A stretch of 64,000 nucleotides of DNA, taken from positions 9,073-73,072 of the forward strand of contig LCCV01000010.1 in assembly GCA_000998135.1 (NCBI GenBank). Direction: 5' to 3'. Numbering within the stretch: position 1 is the first letter of the stretch; each line of letters opens with the position of its first letter. Shown piece by piece: positions 36,567 through 45,405 of the stretch. Origin of the DNA: Parcubacteria group bacterium GW2011_GWA2_42_14. Its GTDB lineage: Bacteria; Patescibacteriota; Minisyncoccia; Sungbacterales; GWA2-42-14. The position numbers and the translations under genes are program-made. The notes beneath the pieces were generated by a model. That model did no database searches, had not been told where the DNA came from, and saw only the letters and a program-made list of their open reading frames with translations.

Positions 36567-36971
36567 TCATAACGCGGTTTGCCAGTATCTTACAGGATCT
36601 CTATTTATATTATTTTTGACAATTTTATCCTTCATAATTATTAGTAAACAGTCTTCTGAAATTTCGTACATAAGATTTTTACTTTCGTAATAAATCCCTT
36701 TCGGGAAGTGTATTATAAACAGTCGGTTGTTTAAAGATAAAACGTTTTTTGGTTCACCGCGAATGACACCTTTATCCTTTTCGTCATATGCGTTATGACT
36801 TATGTCCCCAATTCCGCCAGCGATTTTTGGCTTACCGTCGATAAGGCAGATTTCATAGGAGCATTTTGAAATTGAAAAAGAACCATCTATTTCTTGTTTC
36901 ATCACATCTGAAATTGTGGTTTCTTTAAATAATGTGATATCTGTGTCCGGAAACAGCGGTTTTAAGTTCAT
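36567..36971 (-). CDS. Hypothetical protein
   Basis: 134-aa ORF convergent on the greA terminator. Confidence 0.7.
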   Translation of the reverse strand: MNLKPLFPDTDITLFKETTISDVMKQEIDGSFSISKCSYEICLIDGKPKIAGGIGDISHNAYDEKDKGVIRGEPKNVLSLNNRLFIIHFPKGIYYESKNLMYEISEDCLLIIMKDKIVKNNINRDPVRYWQTAL

Positions 36972-37069
36972 GGCCGTTTTTGATGGTCAATTATTACGGA
37001 TTAAGTATTATAAAAAATTGTCTTTATGTGTTAATAGTCGAAAGAAAAGGAGTGTGTTATTATCTTTAT

Positions 37070-38599
37070 ATGGCCTTGGAAGAAATTAGAAGTGAGAGAA
37101 TAAAAAAGCTGGAACGGCTGGAAAAAGCCGGTATTGATATTTTTCCGGCATCGGTTTCAAAATCGCGCGAGGAAATTGGTGCGGTTTTGAAAAATTTTGC
37201 GAAACGTATAAGGTTAACCCCTCGACTTCGCTCGGGGGGTAAAAGGGGGGTTGTTGTGGCAGGACGGCTTTTTGCCAAACGTGAGCATGGCGGTTCTTGT
37301 TTTGGAGACCTCAAGGACGCTTCGGGAAAAATTCAAGTTTTTTTTAAAGAGGATGTTTTGGGGAAAGATTCTTATGATTTGTTTATTCGTGATATTGATA
37401 TCGGCGATTTTTTGGAAGTTTCAGGTAAACCATTTGTAACTAAACGGGGAGAGCAGACGATTGAAGTTTTGGAATGGCGGATTTTGGCGAAGTCGTTAAG
37501 GCCGCTTCCGGAAAAGTGGCACGGACTTCAGGATGTTGAGGAAAGATTTCGCAAACGATATTTGGATTTATTGATGAATGAAGAAGTGCGGCAAAAATTT
37601 TTGGCGCGTTCGAGAATTATTAGAGACCTGCGGGGTTTTCTTGAAAAAAATGGTTTTGAGGAATTTGAAACCCCGATGCTTCAATCTATTCCCGGCGGCG
37701 CTTTAGCCAAACCATTTAAGACGCATCACAATGCTTTAGATGTTGATTTATATTTGCGAATAGCTCCCGAACTTTACTTAAAGCGTCTTTTGGTTGGTGG
37801 TTTTGAAAAAGTATATGAATTAGGACGCGATTTTCGAAACGAGGGAATTGACGTAACACATAATCCGGAATTTACCATGCTTGAGGTTTATGCGGCATGG
37901 TGGGATGAAAATGATATGATGAAATTCGTGGAAGAGATGTTTTTAAACGCGGTTGCAAAAATTTTCAAAAAAAAGGAATTTGAGTATGACGGCTCAAAAG
38001 TTGCGATTAAAGCGCCGTTTCCAAGAGTTACTTTTGCCGATTTGTTGAAAAAATACGCGCTAATCGTTGATTATGATGCTGAAACCCGCGATTCAATGGC
38101 CTTGATTGCAAGGCGATTTGGTTTGGATGTTGAAAAACATGAGTCAAAGGGTAAAATTGCCGATGAAATTTATAAAAAAATCTGCCGTCCGCACCTGAAA
38201 AATCCGGTTTTTGTGGTTAGTCACCCATTAGATATTTCACCTTTGGCCAAAAAAATAAGTAAAAATTCTAATAATGTAAGGCGCTTTCAGCTTATTGTCG
38301 GGGGTCTAGAAATCGCTAATGGCTTCTCCGAATTAAATGACCCCATTGACCAAAAAGCGCGTTTTGAAGAGCAGGAAAAAATGCGTGGAGGAGGCTCGCC
38401 CTCCCAAATTTTGCATGGCAAAACTTGGGAGGGTGAAGAAGAAGCCCATCCAATGGACGAGGACTTTGTGGAAGCGCTTGAATATGGTATGCCTCCGGCC
38501 GCGGGCCTAGGTGTTGGTATTGACAGGCTGATAATGCTTTTAACTAATACACATAATGTTAAGGAGATTATATTGTTTCCGACAATGCGTTCTAAATAA
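37070..38599 (+). CDS. lysS: Lysine--tRNA ligase (class II) with two palindrome-derived insertions
   Basis: PLPEKWHGL, YLRIAPELYLKRL, FRNEG, HNPEF, EYGMPP. Confidence 0.97.
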   Translation: MALEEIRSERIKKLERLEKAGIDIFPASVSKSREEIGAVLKNFAKRIRLTPRLRSGGKRGVVVAGRLFAKREHGGSCFGDLKDASGKIQVFFKEDVLGKDSYDLFIRDIDIGDFLEVSGKPFVTKRGEQTIEVLEWRILAKSLRPLPEKWHGLQDVEERFRKRYLDLLMNEEVRQKFLARSRIIRDLRGFLEKNGFEEFETPMLQSIPGGALAKPFKTHHNALDVDLYLRIAPELYLKRLLVGGFEKVYELGRDFRNEGIDVTHNPEFTMLEVYAAWWDENDMMKFVEEMFLNAVAKIFKKKEFEYDGSKVAIKAPFPRVTFADLLKKYALIVDYDAETRDSMALIARRFGLDVEKHESKGKIADEIYKKICRPHLKNPVFVVSHPLDISPLAKKISKNSNNVRRFQLIVGGLEIANGFSELNDPIDQKARFEEQEKMRGGGSPSQILHGKTWEGEEEAHPMDEDFVEALEYGMPPAAGLGVGIDRLIMLLTNTHNVKEIILFPTMRSK

Positions 38600-38613
38600 C
38601 TCCACTTATTATT

Positions 38614-39300
38614 ATGAAAAAACAAGAATTTTTCCATGATTATTTAATCGCAAAAGAAAGGGAGCCTGGTGCATTAAAGAGAGAGTTTTTTTATGAAGGA
38701 ACGACGTTAACCGAAAGGTCTCTTGAGCATTATAAAGAAGTTTTGCGTCTTCCTGTTGAGGACTGGAAAGGGAAATTGGTGCTTGATATCGGATCAAGCG
38801 CAGATGAAAGGTTTTCTAAACAAGCTGCTCAAAAAGGCATTAAGGTTATCTCTCTTAATCCGGAATTGAAAGAAAGTGAGATACGAAATTTGTCAAAAGC
38901 AAGCATTTGGGACTCTTTAAGATGGAAGAAAAAACAGCGGAAGTCGGCAGCGGGCATTGCCCAGGAATTGCCGTTTAAAGATAATAGTTTTGACGCAGAG
39001 GTTTCTGTTTTCGGCATTCCCGCTTATTTGCCGCCCTACGAATCAGAATATCACACCACTTTTAAAGAAATTATTCGGACGCTTAAACATGGTAGCAGCG
39101 CTTATTTTTATCCAATATTGGAAGGATTGTACCATAGTCCAAGTTTTGCCCGCATTTTGCAAGAATTTTCAGAAGTAGCAGTTTTTGATTTTGAAGAAGC
39201 AGAAATGGACGTTGCGGCCAGGGCGTGGTCTGGGTATCGTGGGGAAAGGAGGGTGTTCAGGTTAACCATAACAAAGAAATCTTTTGAGGATAAAAACTGA
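38614..39300 (+). CDS. Class I SAM-dependent methyltransferase (paralog of 17105-18124)
   Basis: LVLDIGS, QELPFKDNSFD, EIIRTLKHG. Confidence 0.8.
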   Translation: MKKQEFFHDYLIAKEREPGALKREFFYEGTTLTERSLEHYKEVLRLPVEDWKGKLVLDIGSSADERFSKQAAQKGIKVISLNPELKESEIRNLSKASIWDSLRWKKKQRKSAAGIAQELPFKDNSFDAEVSVFGIPAYLPPYESEYHTTFKEIIRTLKHGSSAYFYPILEGLYHSPSFARILQEFSEVAVFDFEEAEMDVAARAWSGYRGERRVFRLTITKKSFEDKN

Positions 39301-39331
39301 TTTTACAAGATTTTTTAACAAGAACACAAAA

Positions 39332-39937
39332 ATGATAAAACAATTACTTCTTGCTACAACTAATCCCGGCAAGGTGACCGAATACAAAGTTCTTCTCGGT
39401 CATTTGCCTATTGACTTGGTATCATTAAAAGAGGCAGGAATTACTATGGCCGTTGAGGAAGACGGAAAAACATTTGAAGAAAATTCCATAAAAAAGGCGG
39501 CGGTATATCATGGTTTGTCCGGCCTGCCCACACTTGCCGATGACGGTGGATTGGAAATTGACCATCTTGGGGGAGAACCCGGAGTTATGTCGCGCAGATG
39601 GCCCGGTTATGAAGCTAGTGACGAAGAATTGATAAAAATGGCGCTGGATAAATTAAACGGTGTTCCGCGAGAAAAAAGGGGGGCTAAATTAAAAGTTTCT
39701 ATTGCGCTTATTTTTCCGGAAGATAATAATATTTATACCGCCGAAGGCGAAAAGCGGGGATTTATAGGCACTGAGCCGGTTAATTTTCAGGAGGGTTATC
39801 CGTTCCGTTGTCTTTTCTACATTCCCGAACTCGGAAAATATTATAGCGAACTGACTTTGGAAGAAGAAGCAATGCTTGCTCATCGAAAAGAAGCGATTGA
39901 TAAAATAATGCCGATATTGAAAGAGAAGTTAATGTGA
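39332..39937 (+). CDS. rdgB: Non-canonical purine NTP pyrophosphatase (Ham1/RdgB)
   Basis: ATTNPGK, EEDGKTFEEN, ADDGGLEID..GEPGV. Confidence 0.88.
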   Translation: MIKQLLLATTNPGKVTEYKVLLGHLPIDLVSLKEAGITMAVEEDGKTFEENSIKKAAVYHGLSGLPTLADDGGLEIDHLGGEPGVMSRRWPGYEASDEELIKMALDKLNGVPREKRGAKLKVSIALIFPEDNNIYTAEGEKRGFIGTEPVNFQEGYPFRCLFYIPELGKYYSELTLEEEAMLAHRKEAIDKIMPILKEKLM

Positions 39938-40095
39938 TGCTAATTCGATGCGAATATAATGCTAATTCGGCGAATTGCGAATAATTATTCTTCGAGCCGA
40001 GTCGAGAAGTTCACCTTAATGTAAAGTTCTTGACAAGCTCGAACAGTAGTTCGACAGGCTCACTACAGGCATTCGCAATTTGTAGATTAGCATTA
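39935..40095. repeat. Composite palindromic element (three families)
   Basis: Outer TGATGC...GCATCA arms; inner TTCTTCGAGC..GAGAAG..GCTCGAAC unit (also at 58186-58288) and GTTCGACAGGCTCACTACAGG unit. Confidence 0.8.
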
Positions 40096-40119
40096 AATTT
40101 GTAGATTGGCATCATTGCT

Positions 40120-41385
40120 ATGCTCGACATAAAATTCATCCGCGAAAATCCTGATAAAACCAGAGAAGGTCTTAAGAAAAAAGGCATGGATTTTGATTTG
40201 GATTATTTATTGTCGCTTGATGAAAAAAGAAGGAAAAAAATTCAGGAGGTTGATGAAATGAGGGCCCGGCAAAACGCGTTAAGCGGGGAAATCGCAACGG
40301 CCAGAAAATCGGATAGGGATAAAAATATAGCGGAATCAAAAGAATTAAAAATTAAACTCGGAGATGTTGAGTTTGAATTGAAAGCCATTGAAGAAGAATT
40401 TGAAGAACTGACGGGCAAGTTTCCCAATCTTCCGCTTGATAATGTTCCGGTTGGCGCCGGGGAGCGCGATAATGTCGCGTTTCGTGAAATTGGAGAGCGC
40501 CCTAAATTTTCTTTTGAGACAAAAGACCATTTGGAACTTGGTATCAACCTCGGCATCATTGATTTTGAAACCGGAGCAAAGGTTTCCGGTTCGGATTTTT
40601 ATTATTTAAAAAATGCCGGTGTCATGCTTGAGCTTGCTCTTGTTCAATACGCGTTGGAATTTCTTTCCCAAAAAGGTTTTTCGCCGCGCATTACTCCTGA
40701 TTTGGCGCGAAGCAAATTTTACTTGGGAACCGGATATTTGCCCCGCGGTTCCGAAGCGCAGACATATATGATTGAGGATTCCGATTTGGGGCTTATTGCT
40801 ACGGCAGAGGTAACTTTAGCCGGTATTCATGCTGATGAAATTTTGGATAATAAACAATTGCCTATTTACTATGCGGGTTATTCGCATTGTTTTCGCAGGG
40901 AGTCGGGAAGTTACGGCAAATATTCCAAAGGGTTGTATCGCGTTCATCAGTTTACAAAAGTTGAAATGTTTGTTTATTGCCGTCCGGAGGATTCGCCTAA
41001 AATTCATGAGGATCTTCTTGGCTATGAAGAAAAATTATGGCAGGGACTGGGCATACCGTATCGCGTGGTAGAGATGTGCGCAGGGGATTTGGGGGCGCAG
41101 GCCGCGCGAAAGTTTGATTTAGAGGCCTGGATGCCCGGCAGAAAAGATTGGGGGGAAGTTACCTCAACTTCCAACACCACCGATTATCAGGCGCGCCGTT
41201 TAGGAATAAAGTATCGCGACGCGGATGGCAAGATTAAATTCGTCCATACGCTTAATGGTACGGCCATTGCCGTTTCCCGCGCGATTATCGCGATTTTGGA
41301 AAATTATCAGCAAGAGGACGGTTCGGTTGAAATACCGGAAGTTTTGCAAAAATATATGGGAGGGATGAAAGATATCCGGCTATGA
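40120..41385 (+). CDS. serS: Serine--tRNA ligase
   Basis: MLDIKFIREN, ATAE, GLYRVHQF, HTLNGT. Confidence 0.97.
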   Translation: MLDIKFIRENPDKTREGLKKKGMDFDLDYLLSLDEKRRKKIQEVDEMRARQNALSGEIATARKSDRDKNIAESKELKIKLGDVEFELKAIEEEFEELTGKFPNLPLDNVPVGAGERDNVAFREIGERPKFSFETKDHLELGINLGIIDFETGAKVSGSDFYYLKNAGVMLELALVQYALEFLSQKGFSPRITPDLARSKFYLGTGYLPRGSEAQTYMIEDSDLGLIATAEVTLAGIHADEILDNKQLPIYYAGYSHCFRRESGSYGKYSKGLYRVHQFTKVEMFVYCRPEDSPKIHEDLLGYEEKLWQGLGIPYRVVEMCAGDLGAQAARKFDLEAWMPGRKDWGEVTSTSNTTDYQARRLGIKYRDADGKIKFVHTLNGTAIAVSRAIIAILENYQQEDGSVEIPEVLQKYMGGMKDIRL

Positions 41386-41426
41386 TTCTTGCATTGAATA
41401 ATCGTGATTGAAATTTAAAATCCCGC

Positions 41427-41831
41427 TTATGAGCGGGATTTGTTTTTATTAACGCATTCCTGTTTTTCCCAGAAGTAAATGATAAATTTATTTTTCTTTT
41501 CGTGGAGCCAGATGTTCGGTATGGTAATGCTTTGTTTATGATAAAAGAGCGTTATGATTAAATTGCCCTTGTCGGCGAACGGTCTAAGAGTTGTTCCTTT
41601 ATCGGCAATATCATCCACAACGAGCGTTTGCCGGCTTTTCGGTCCGTCGAGGAATTGAGGAATGTCCAAACGATGTGATAAAGCCGTTGCAAGCGTTAAA
41701 CCTCCCCGCGGGGGTCCATAGACGCCGTCAAAATTTATGTCCAAAAGCATTTGCCAAAGCCGGTCAACGTCTTTTTCAAATTCATGACCCCGGTAATATC
41801 GGCAACAGGAACAGGGTGGTTTCATCGGCAT
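41427..41831 (-). CDS. Type I phosphoribosyltransferase family protein
   Basis: GPPRGG, LVVDDIADKGTTL, YFWE. Confidence 0.85.
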   Translation of the reverse strand: MPMKPPCSCCRYYRGHEFEKDVDRLWQMLLDINFDGVYGPPRGGLTLATALSHRLDIPQFLDGPKSRQTLVVDDIADKGTTLRPFADKGNLIITLFYHKQSITIPNIWLHEKKNKFIIYFWEKQECVNKNKSRS

Positions 41832-42289
41832 TCCTGTTTTTCAATTTCATTCGGATATACGGCCCGGATAAAGTCGCACCATTCTGTTTTCCAATCCTTA
41901 CTGTTTATATCGGCGATTGTCCATTCAGGTGAGTGCTTTTTAGGAAGCCAAACGCCTTCCGAGGAATAATGTATGTGAAGGATTGCGTGCATTGTTGTTT
42001 GTCGCAACCCTTCATAAGTAACGTCAACATTCGCCATACACTCTCCTATTTCTTGGTCGAATGAAATATCATTAAAGGCCTTGATCGAAAATTTTAATAT
42101 ATAATCCTTTGCGGGTGGAAATTGGCTTTCTATAAGATGCGCTACTGCCGCTTGAAGAGGGGTTTTGCGGTCCAGATTTTGGGTAACGTTTTGATTTTCA
42201 TGGTGGCGTTGAGCGTATGTTATTCCGGTTGAGGGAAATAAGTATAGTAACAAGAAACCAATGAGTAAGAAAATTTGATTATACCTCAT
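41822..42289 (-). CDS. Hypothetical exported protein
   Basis: Signal-peptide-like N-terminus; AAGGA SD; TTGACT..TAAACT promoter. Confidence 0.7.
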   Translation of the reverse strand: MRYNQIFLLIGFLLLYLFPSTGITYAQRHHENQNVTQNLDRKTPLQAAVAHLIESQFPPAKDYILKFSIKAFNDISFDQEIGECMANVDVTYEGLRQTTMHAILHIHYSSEGVWLPKKHSPEWTIADINSKDWKTEWCDFIRAVYPNEIEKQECR

Positions 42290-42406
42290 GGTGACTTCCT
42301 TGTGTTGTGAAAGAACATTTTAGAATAATTCACAGTTTAACAGTAAAAATACAAAAGTCAATCCCTTTGTCAATTATAAATCGAATCATGTATAATAGTA
42401 TTGACT

Positions 42407-43612
42407 ATGAAAAAAAATGATTTTTTACGAACATGGATTGAATTAGATAAAAAAGCGCTCGTGCAAAATATTGGGCAGTTTTTAAAATTTATTCCGGTGC
42501 GTACGCGGTTAATGGCCGTGGTTAAATCAAACGCCTATGGTCATGGCCTCGCGCAAGTTGCAAAGCAACTCGCGGAATTGGGAGTTAAGAATAATGAATT
42601 AGGCGTCCATAATTCAAAATTCATAATTCATAATTCACGTTTATGGTTCGGCGTTGATTCTATTGTTGAGGCCTTGCGGCTTCGCGAAGAAGGCATTAAA
42701 AATTCAATTCTGGTTTTGGGGTCAACTCTGCCGGGGCGTTTTAAGGAAGCTGAAGAAAATAATATCATTTTAACTGTTTCCAATTTTGAGTCACTTGGGG
42801 CGTTAAAGAAACTTAAGAACCCGCCGGAATTTCACATAAAAATTGATACCGGCATGTATCGTCAGGGTTTTTTGCCCGAACAAATCCAAAAACTTCTTAA
42901 ACTTATTAAATTGTATAAGCTTGCGCCGGAGGGAATATATACTCATTTTGCCAGCGCCAAAGACCGCGGTTATCCTACATATACTTTTGAGCAACTAAGA
43001 AAATTTAAACAAGCGATTAAAGAGTTTGAGCGCGCCGGTTTCAGAAAGTTAATTAAACACGCCGCGGCTTCGGGGGGGACTATTTTATTTCCGTCAAGCC
43101 ATCTTGATATGGTTAGGATAGGAATAGGGCTTTATGGCTATTGGCCGGCCCCTGAAACTGAAAAGACGTTTCGGTTTCAGGGAAATCCCAAATCCCAAAG
43201 CCCAAATTCCAAACTTTCTCTAAAACCAGTATTAACGTGGAAAACAATTGTGGGTGAGGTTAAGGAAATCCCAAAAGGATCGCACATCGGGTACGACTTT
43301 ACCGAACGTATCAATCGGAAAACCAAAATCGCCGTACTGCCGATTGGCTATTGGCATGGTTATGACCGCGGCTTGTCGTCCATAGGCGAAGTTTTGCTCC
43401 GAGGACGGCGTAGAAAGATTTTAGGAAGGGTTTCAATGGATATGATTGTTGTTGATGTTACCGATAAGCCATCGGTAAAAGTGGGTAATGAAGCGGTTTT
43501 GCTCGGAAAACAGGGAAAAGATGCAATTTGGGCTGATGAAATCGCTTTGAAAATTGGAACTTCTGCTTATGAAGTATTAACTCGTATAAACCCTCTTATA
43601 GAGAGGAATTAG
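42407..43612 (+). CDS. alr: Alanine racemase with two repeat-derived insertions
   Basis: AVVKSNAYGHG, HIKIDTGM, RIGIGLYG, GRVSMD. Confidence 0.96.
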   Translation: MKKNDFLRTWIELDKKALVQNIGQFLKFIPVRTRLMAVVKSNAYGHGLAQVAKQLAELGVKNNELGVHNSKFIIHNSRLWFGVDSIVEALRLREEGIKNSILVLGSTLPGRFKEAEENNIILTVSNFESLGALKKLKNPPEFHIKIDTGMYRQGFLPEQIQKLLKLIKLYKLAPEGIYTHFASAKDRGYPTYTFEQLRKFKQAIKEFERAGFRKLIKHAAASGGTILFPSSHLDMVRIGIGLYGYWPAPETEKTFRFQGNPKSQSPNSKLSLKPVLTWKTIVGEVKEIPKGSHIGYDFTERINRKTKIAVLPIGYWHGYDRGLSSIGEVLLRGRRRKILGRVSMDMIVVDVTDKPSVKVGNEAVLLGKQGKDAIWADEIALKIGTSAYEVLTRINPLIERN

Positions 43613-43739
43613 CCCTTTACACTGTTTTTGAATAAGTAGTGGATTAACTGTGTATATAATTTTTCCTAAAATTTGGTATTATTTGTGATATATGTTTTGG
43701 TCGAATATAGCAATTATTAAGTAAAAAATAAAAATAATT

Positions 43740-44360
43740 ATGATTAAGAATTTTATATCATTTTTAGTCGCGTTTTCGGTTGTGTTTGGCGGAGTAGCGC
43801 CGGTTTTGGCGCAATCGCAGAATCGCCCTTCGTTGCCCAATAAGCCGAAAATAATGGGAACGGCCACGACAACGCCGGCAATGCGCCTTGAGGAAAAACA
43901 AGAAAGAATGGAAGCGAGAATGCAGAAATTGGAAGAAAGGAGAAAACAGATGATTAAGAAATTTTTTGAGAAAATGGTCAGGCGGTTTGAGGCGGCCGTT
44001 AACCGTCTTAAAAAATTGGCTGACCGTATAGATAGCCGGTTGACTAAATTTGCAACCGAAAGGGGTAAGGATGTAGCCGCTCTTAGGGCAAGATTGGCCG
44101 AAGCCAGAGTAAAAATTACGGAAGCCGAAGTGGCTATTAATTCGGCCAAGGCGGGATTGGAAAGCGCCTTAAATTCTGAAACTCCGCGCGAGGCCCTTGA
44201 GGCCGTTCGAAAGTTGGTTGTCGAGGCTCGTGATAAAATAAAAGAAGCGCATAAGGCGTTAGTAAAGGTCGTAACAGAAATCAAAGGAGTATCCGGAGGA
44301 ATTAATTCTGGAAGAATTAATGGTGGTCCAGCCACAACTACTCCGATAATGGTACCGTAA
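43740..44360 (+). CDS. Secreted coiled-coil hypothetical protein
   Basis: Signal peptide ending VLA, then a long charged helical region. Confidence 0.75.
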   Translation: MIKNFISFLVAFSVVFGGVAPVLAQSQNRPSLPNKPKIMGTATTTPAMRLEEKQERMEARMQKLEERRKQMIKKFFEKMVRRFEAAVNRLKKLADRIDSRLTKFATERGKDVAALRARLAEARVKITEAEVAINSAKAGLESALNSETPREALEAVRKLVVEARDKIKEAHKALVKVVTEIKGVSGGINSGRINGGPATTTPIMVP

Positions 44361-44437
44361 TTTAACCAACAACCAACAACTGACAACCAACAACACGTGT
44401 TATGGGTTGTAAATTGTAGGTTGTAAGTTAATAAACT

Positions 44438-44776
44438 ATGGATTTTCAACCATCAATTCCGACCGGACCTTCTTTAACTCCGGCAGTAGGCAAAAAATCT
44501 TCTCTGCTTCGGATACTTTTGGTTATAGCGGCCGTTCTTGTGGTATTAGCGCTTTGGGTTTGGTTTTACGGAGGAAGTTTACTGCCCTCACCGAAAGAAA
44601 CTTATAATTCACAGCCGACTATAGGTATTAAGCCGCCGCCGGAACCAGATGTCGCTGCCCTACAAAAGCAAAGCGTTTCTGATGATATTACCGCTATTGA
44701 AAACGATTTGAATGCTACTGACCTTGAAAATCTTGACCTTGAATTGGACGCGATTGATAAAGAGTTTGCGCAGTAA
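44438..44776 (+). CDS. Membrane-anchored hypothetical protein with acidic tail
   Basis: Single TM; SDDITAIENDLNATDLENLDLEL. Confidence 0.75.
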   Translation: MDFQPSIPTGPSLTPAVGKKSSLLRILLVIAAVLVVLALWVWFYGGSLLPSPKETYNSQPTIGIKPPPEPDVAALQKQSVSDDITAIENDLNATDLENLDLELDAIDKEFAQ

Positions 44777-45134
44777 AATTTGTATTAGATCAAAAGGCCC
44801 GACCCCCTTTGTGAGGGTCGGGTTTTGGTTTTAGCAATTTTTAGAGTTTAATTTGGCGTTACTATCGGCGTTTAACATGGCTTCTAATTTCTTGAATTAA
44901 AAATAAGCTCCGGCCGGACTGCTTATACGGCCGTTTTTTCTTTTTTGCCTGGCGTTTTTCGGATTTTGGCTTCACCGCTTTCATGTAAATTATTGAAGTC
45001 CGACTTCCCTAATTTAGCGAAGTCGGACTTCGCTAGTTTTTCTCGTATGTCACTATTGACATATTTTTTTCATTTTGCTACTTATATTATCGGGGTCTTT
45101 AACGGCTAAAACAATTAAAAACCGAGAAAAAACA

Positions 45135-45371
45135 ATGAAAAAGTGGGGAATAGTGCTTTTGGGATGGTTTTTTATTGCGCTTGGGCCTAACACTGGTGGT
45201 AATAATGTATCAAATGTTTTTACCGTTGTACCAAATTTTAGGACAAAGGCTGACTGTCAGACCGCTGCTTTTTGGGTAAGAAGTACGACCACGGGTGGCC
45301 AATTTTTTATAAATGATCGGGCCTCGGATTGTTACCCCGATGACAAAGAGCCCTTTTATGATATTAAGTAA
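45135..45371 (+). CDS. Small exported hypothetical protein (two Cys)
   Basis: ATG at 45135; TTGACA promoter at 45056. Confidence 0.6.
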   Translation: MKKWGIVLLGWFFIALGPNTGGNNVSNVFTVVPNFRTKADCQTAAFWVRSTTTGGQFFINDRASDCYPDDKEPFYDIK

Positions 45372-45405
45372 CAAGCAAACGGGAAACCATGCGGATGGAA
45401 ATTTT

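Noticed and set aside
43679-44449. 256-aa minus-strand ORF and many other antisense or overlapping ORFs
   Set aside because: These are shadow frames of convincing genes on the opposite strand or in another frame.
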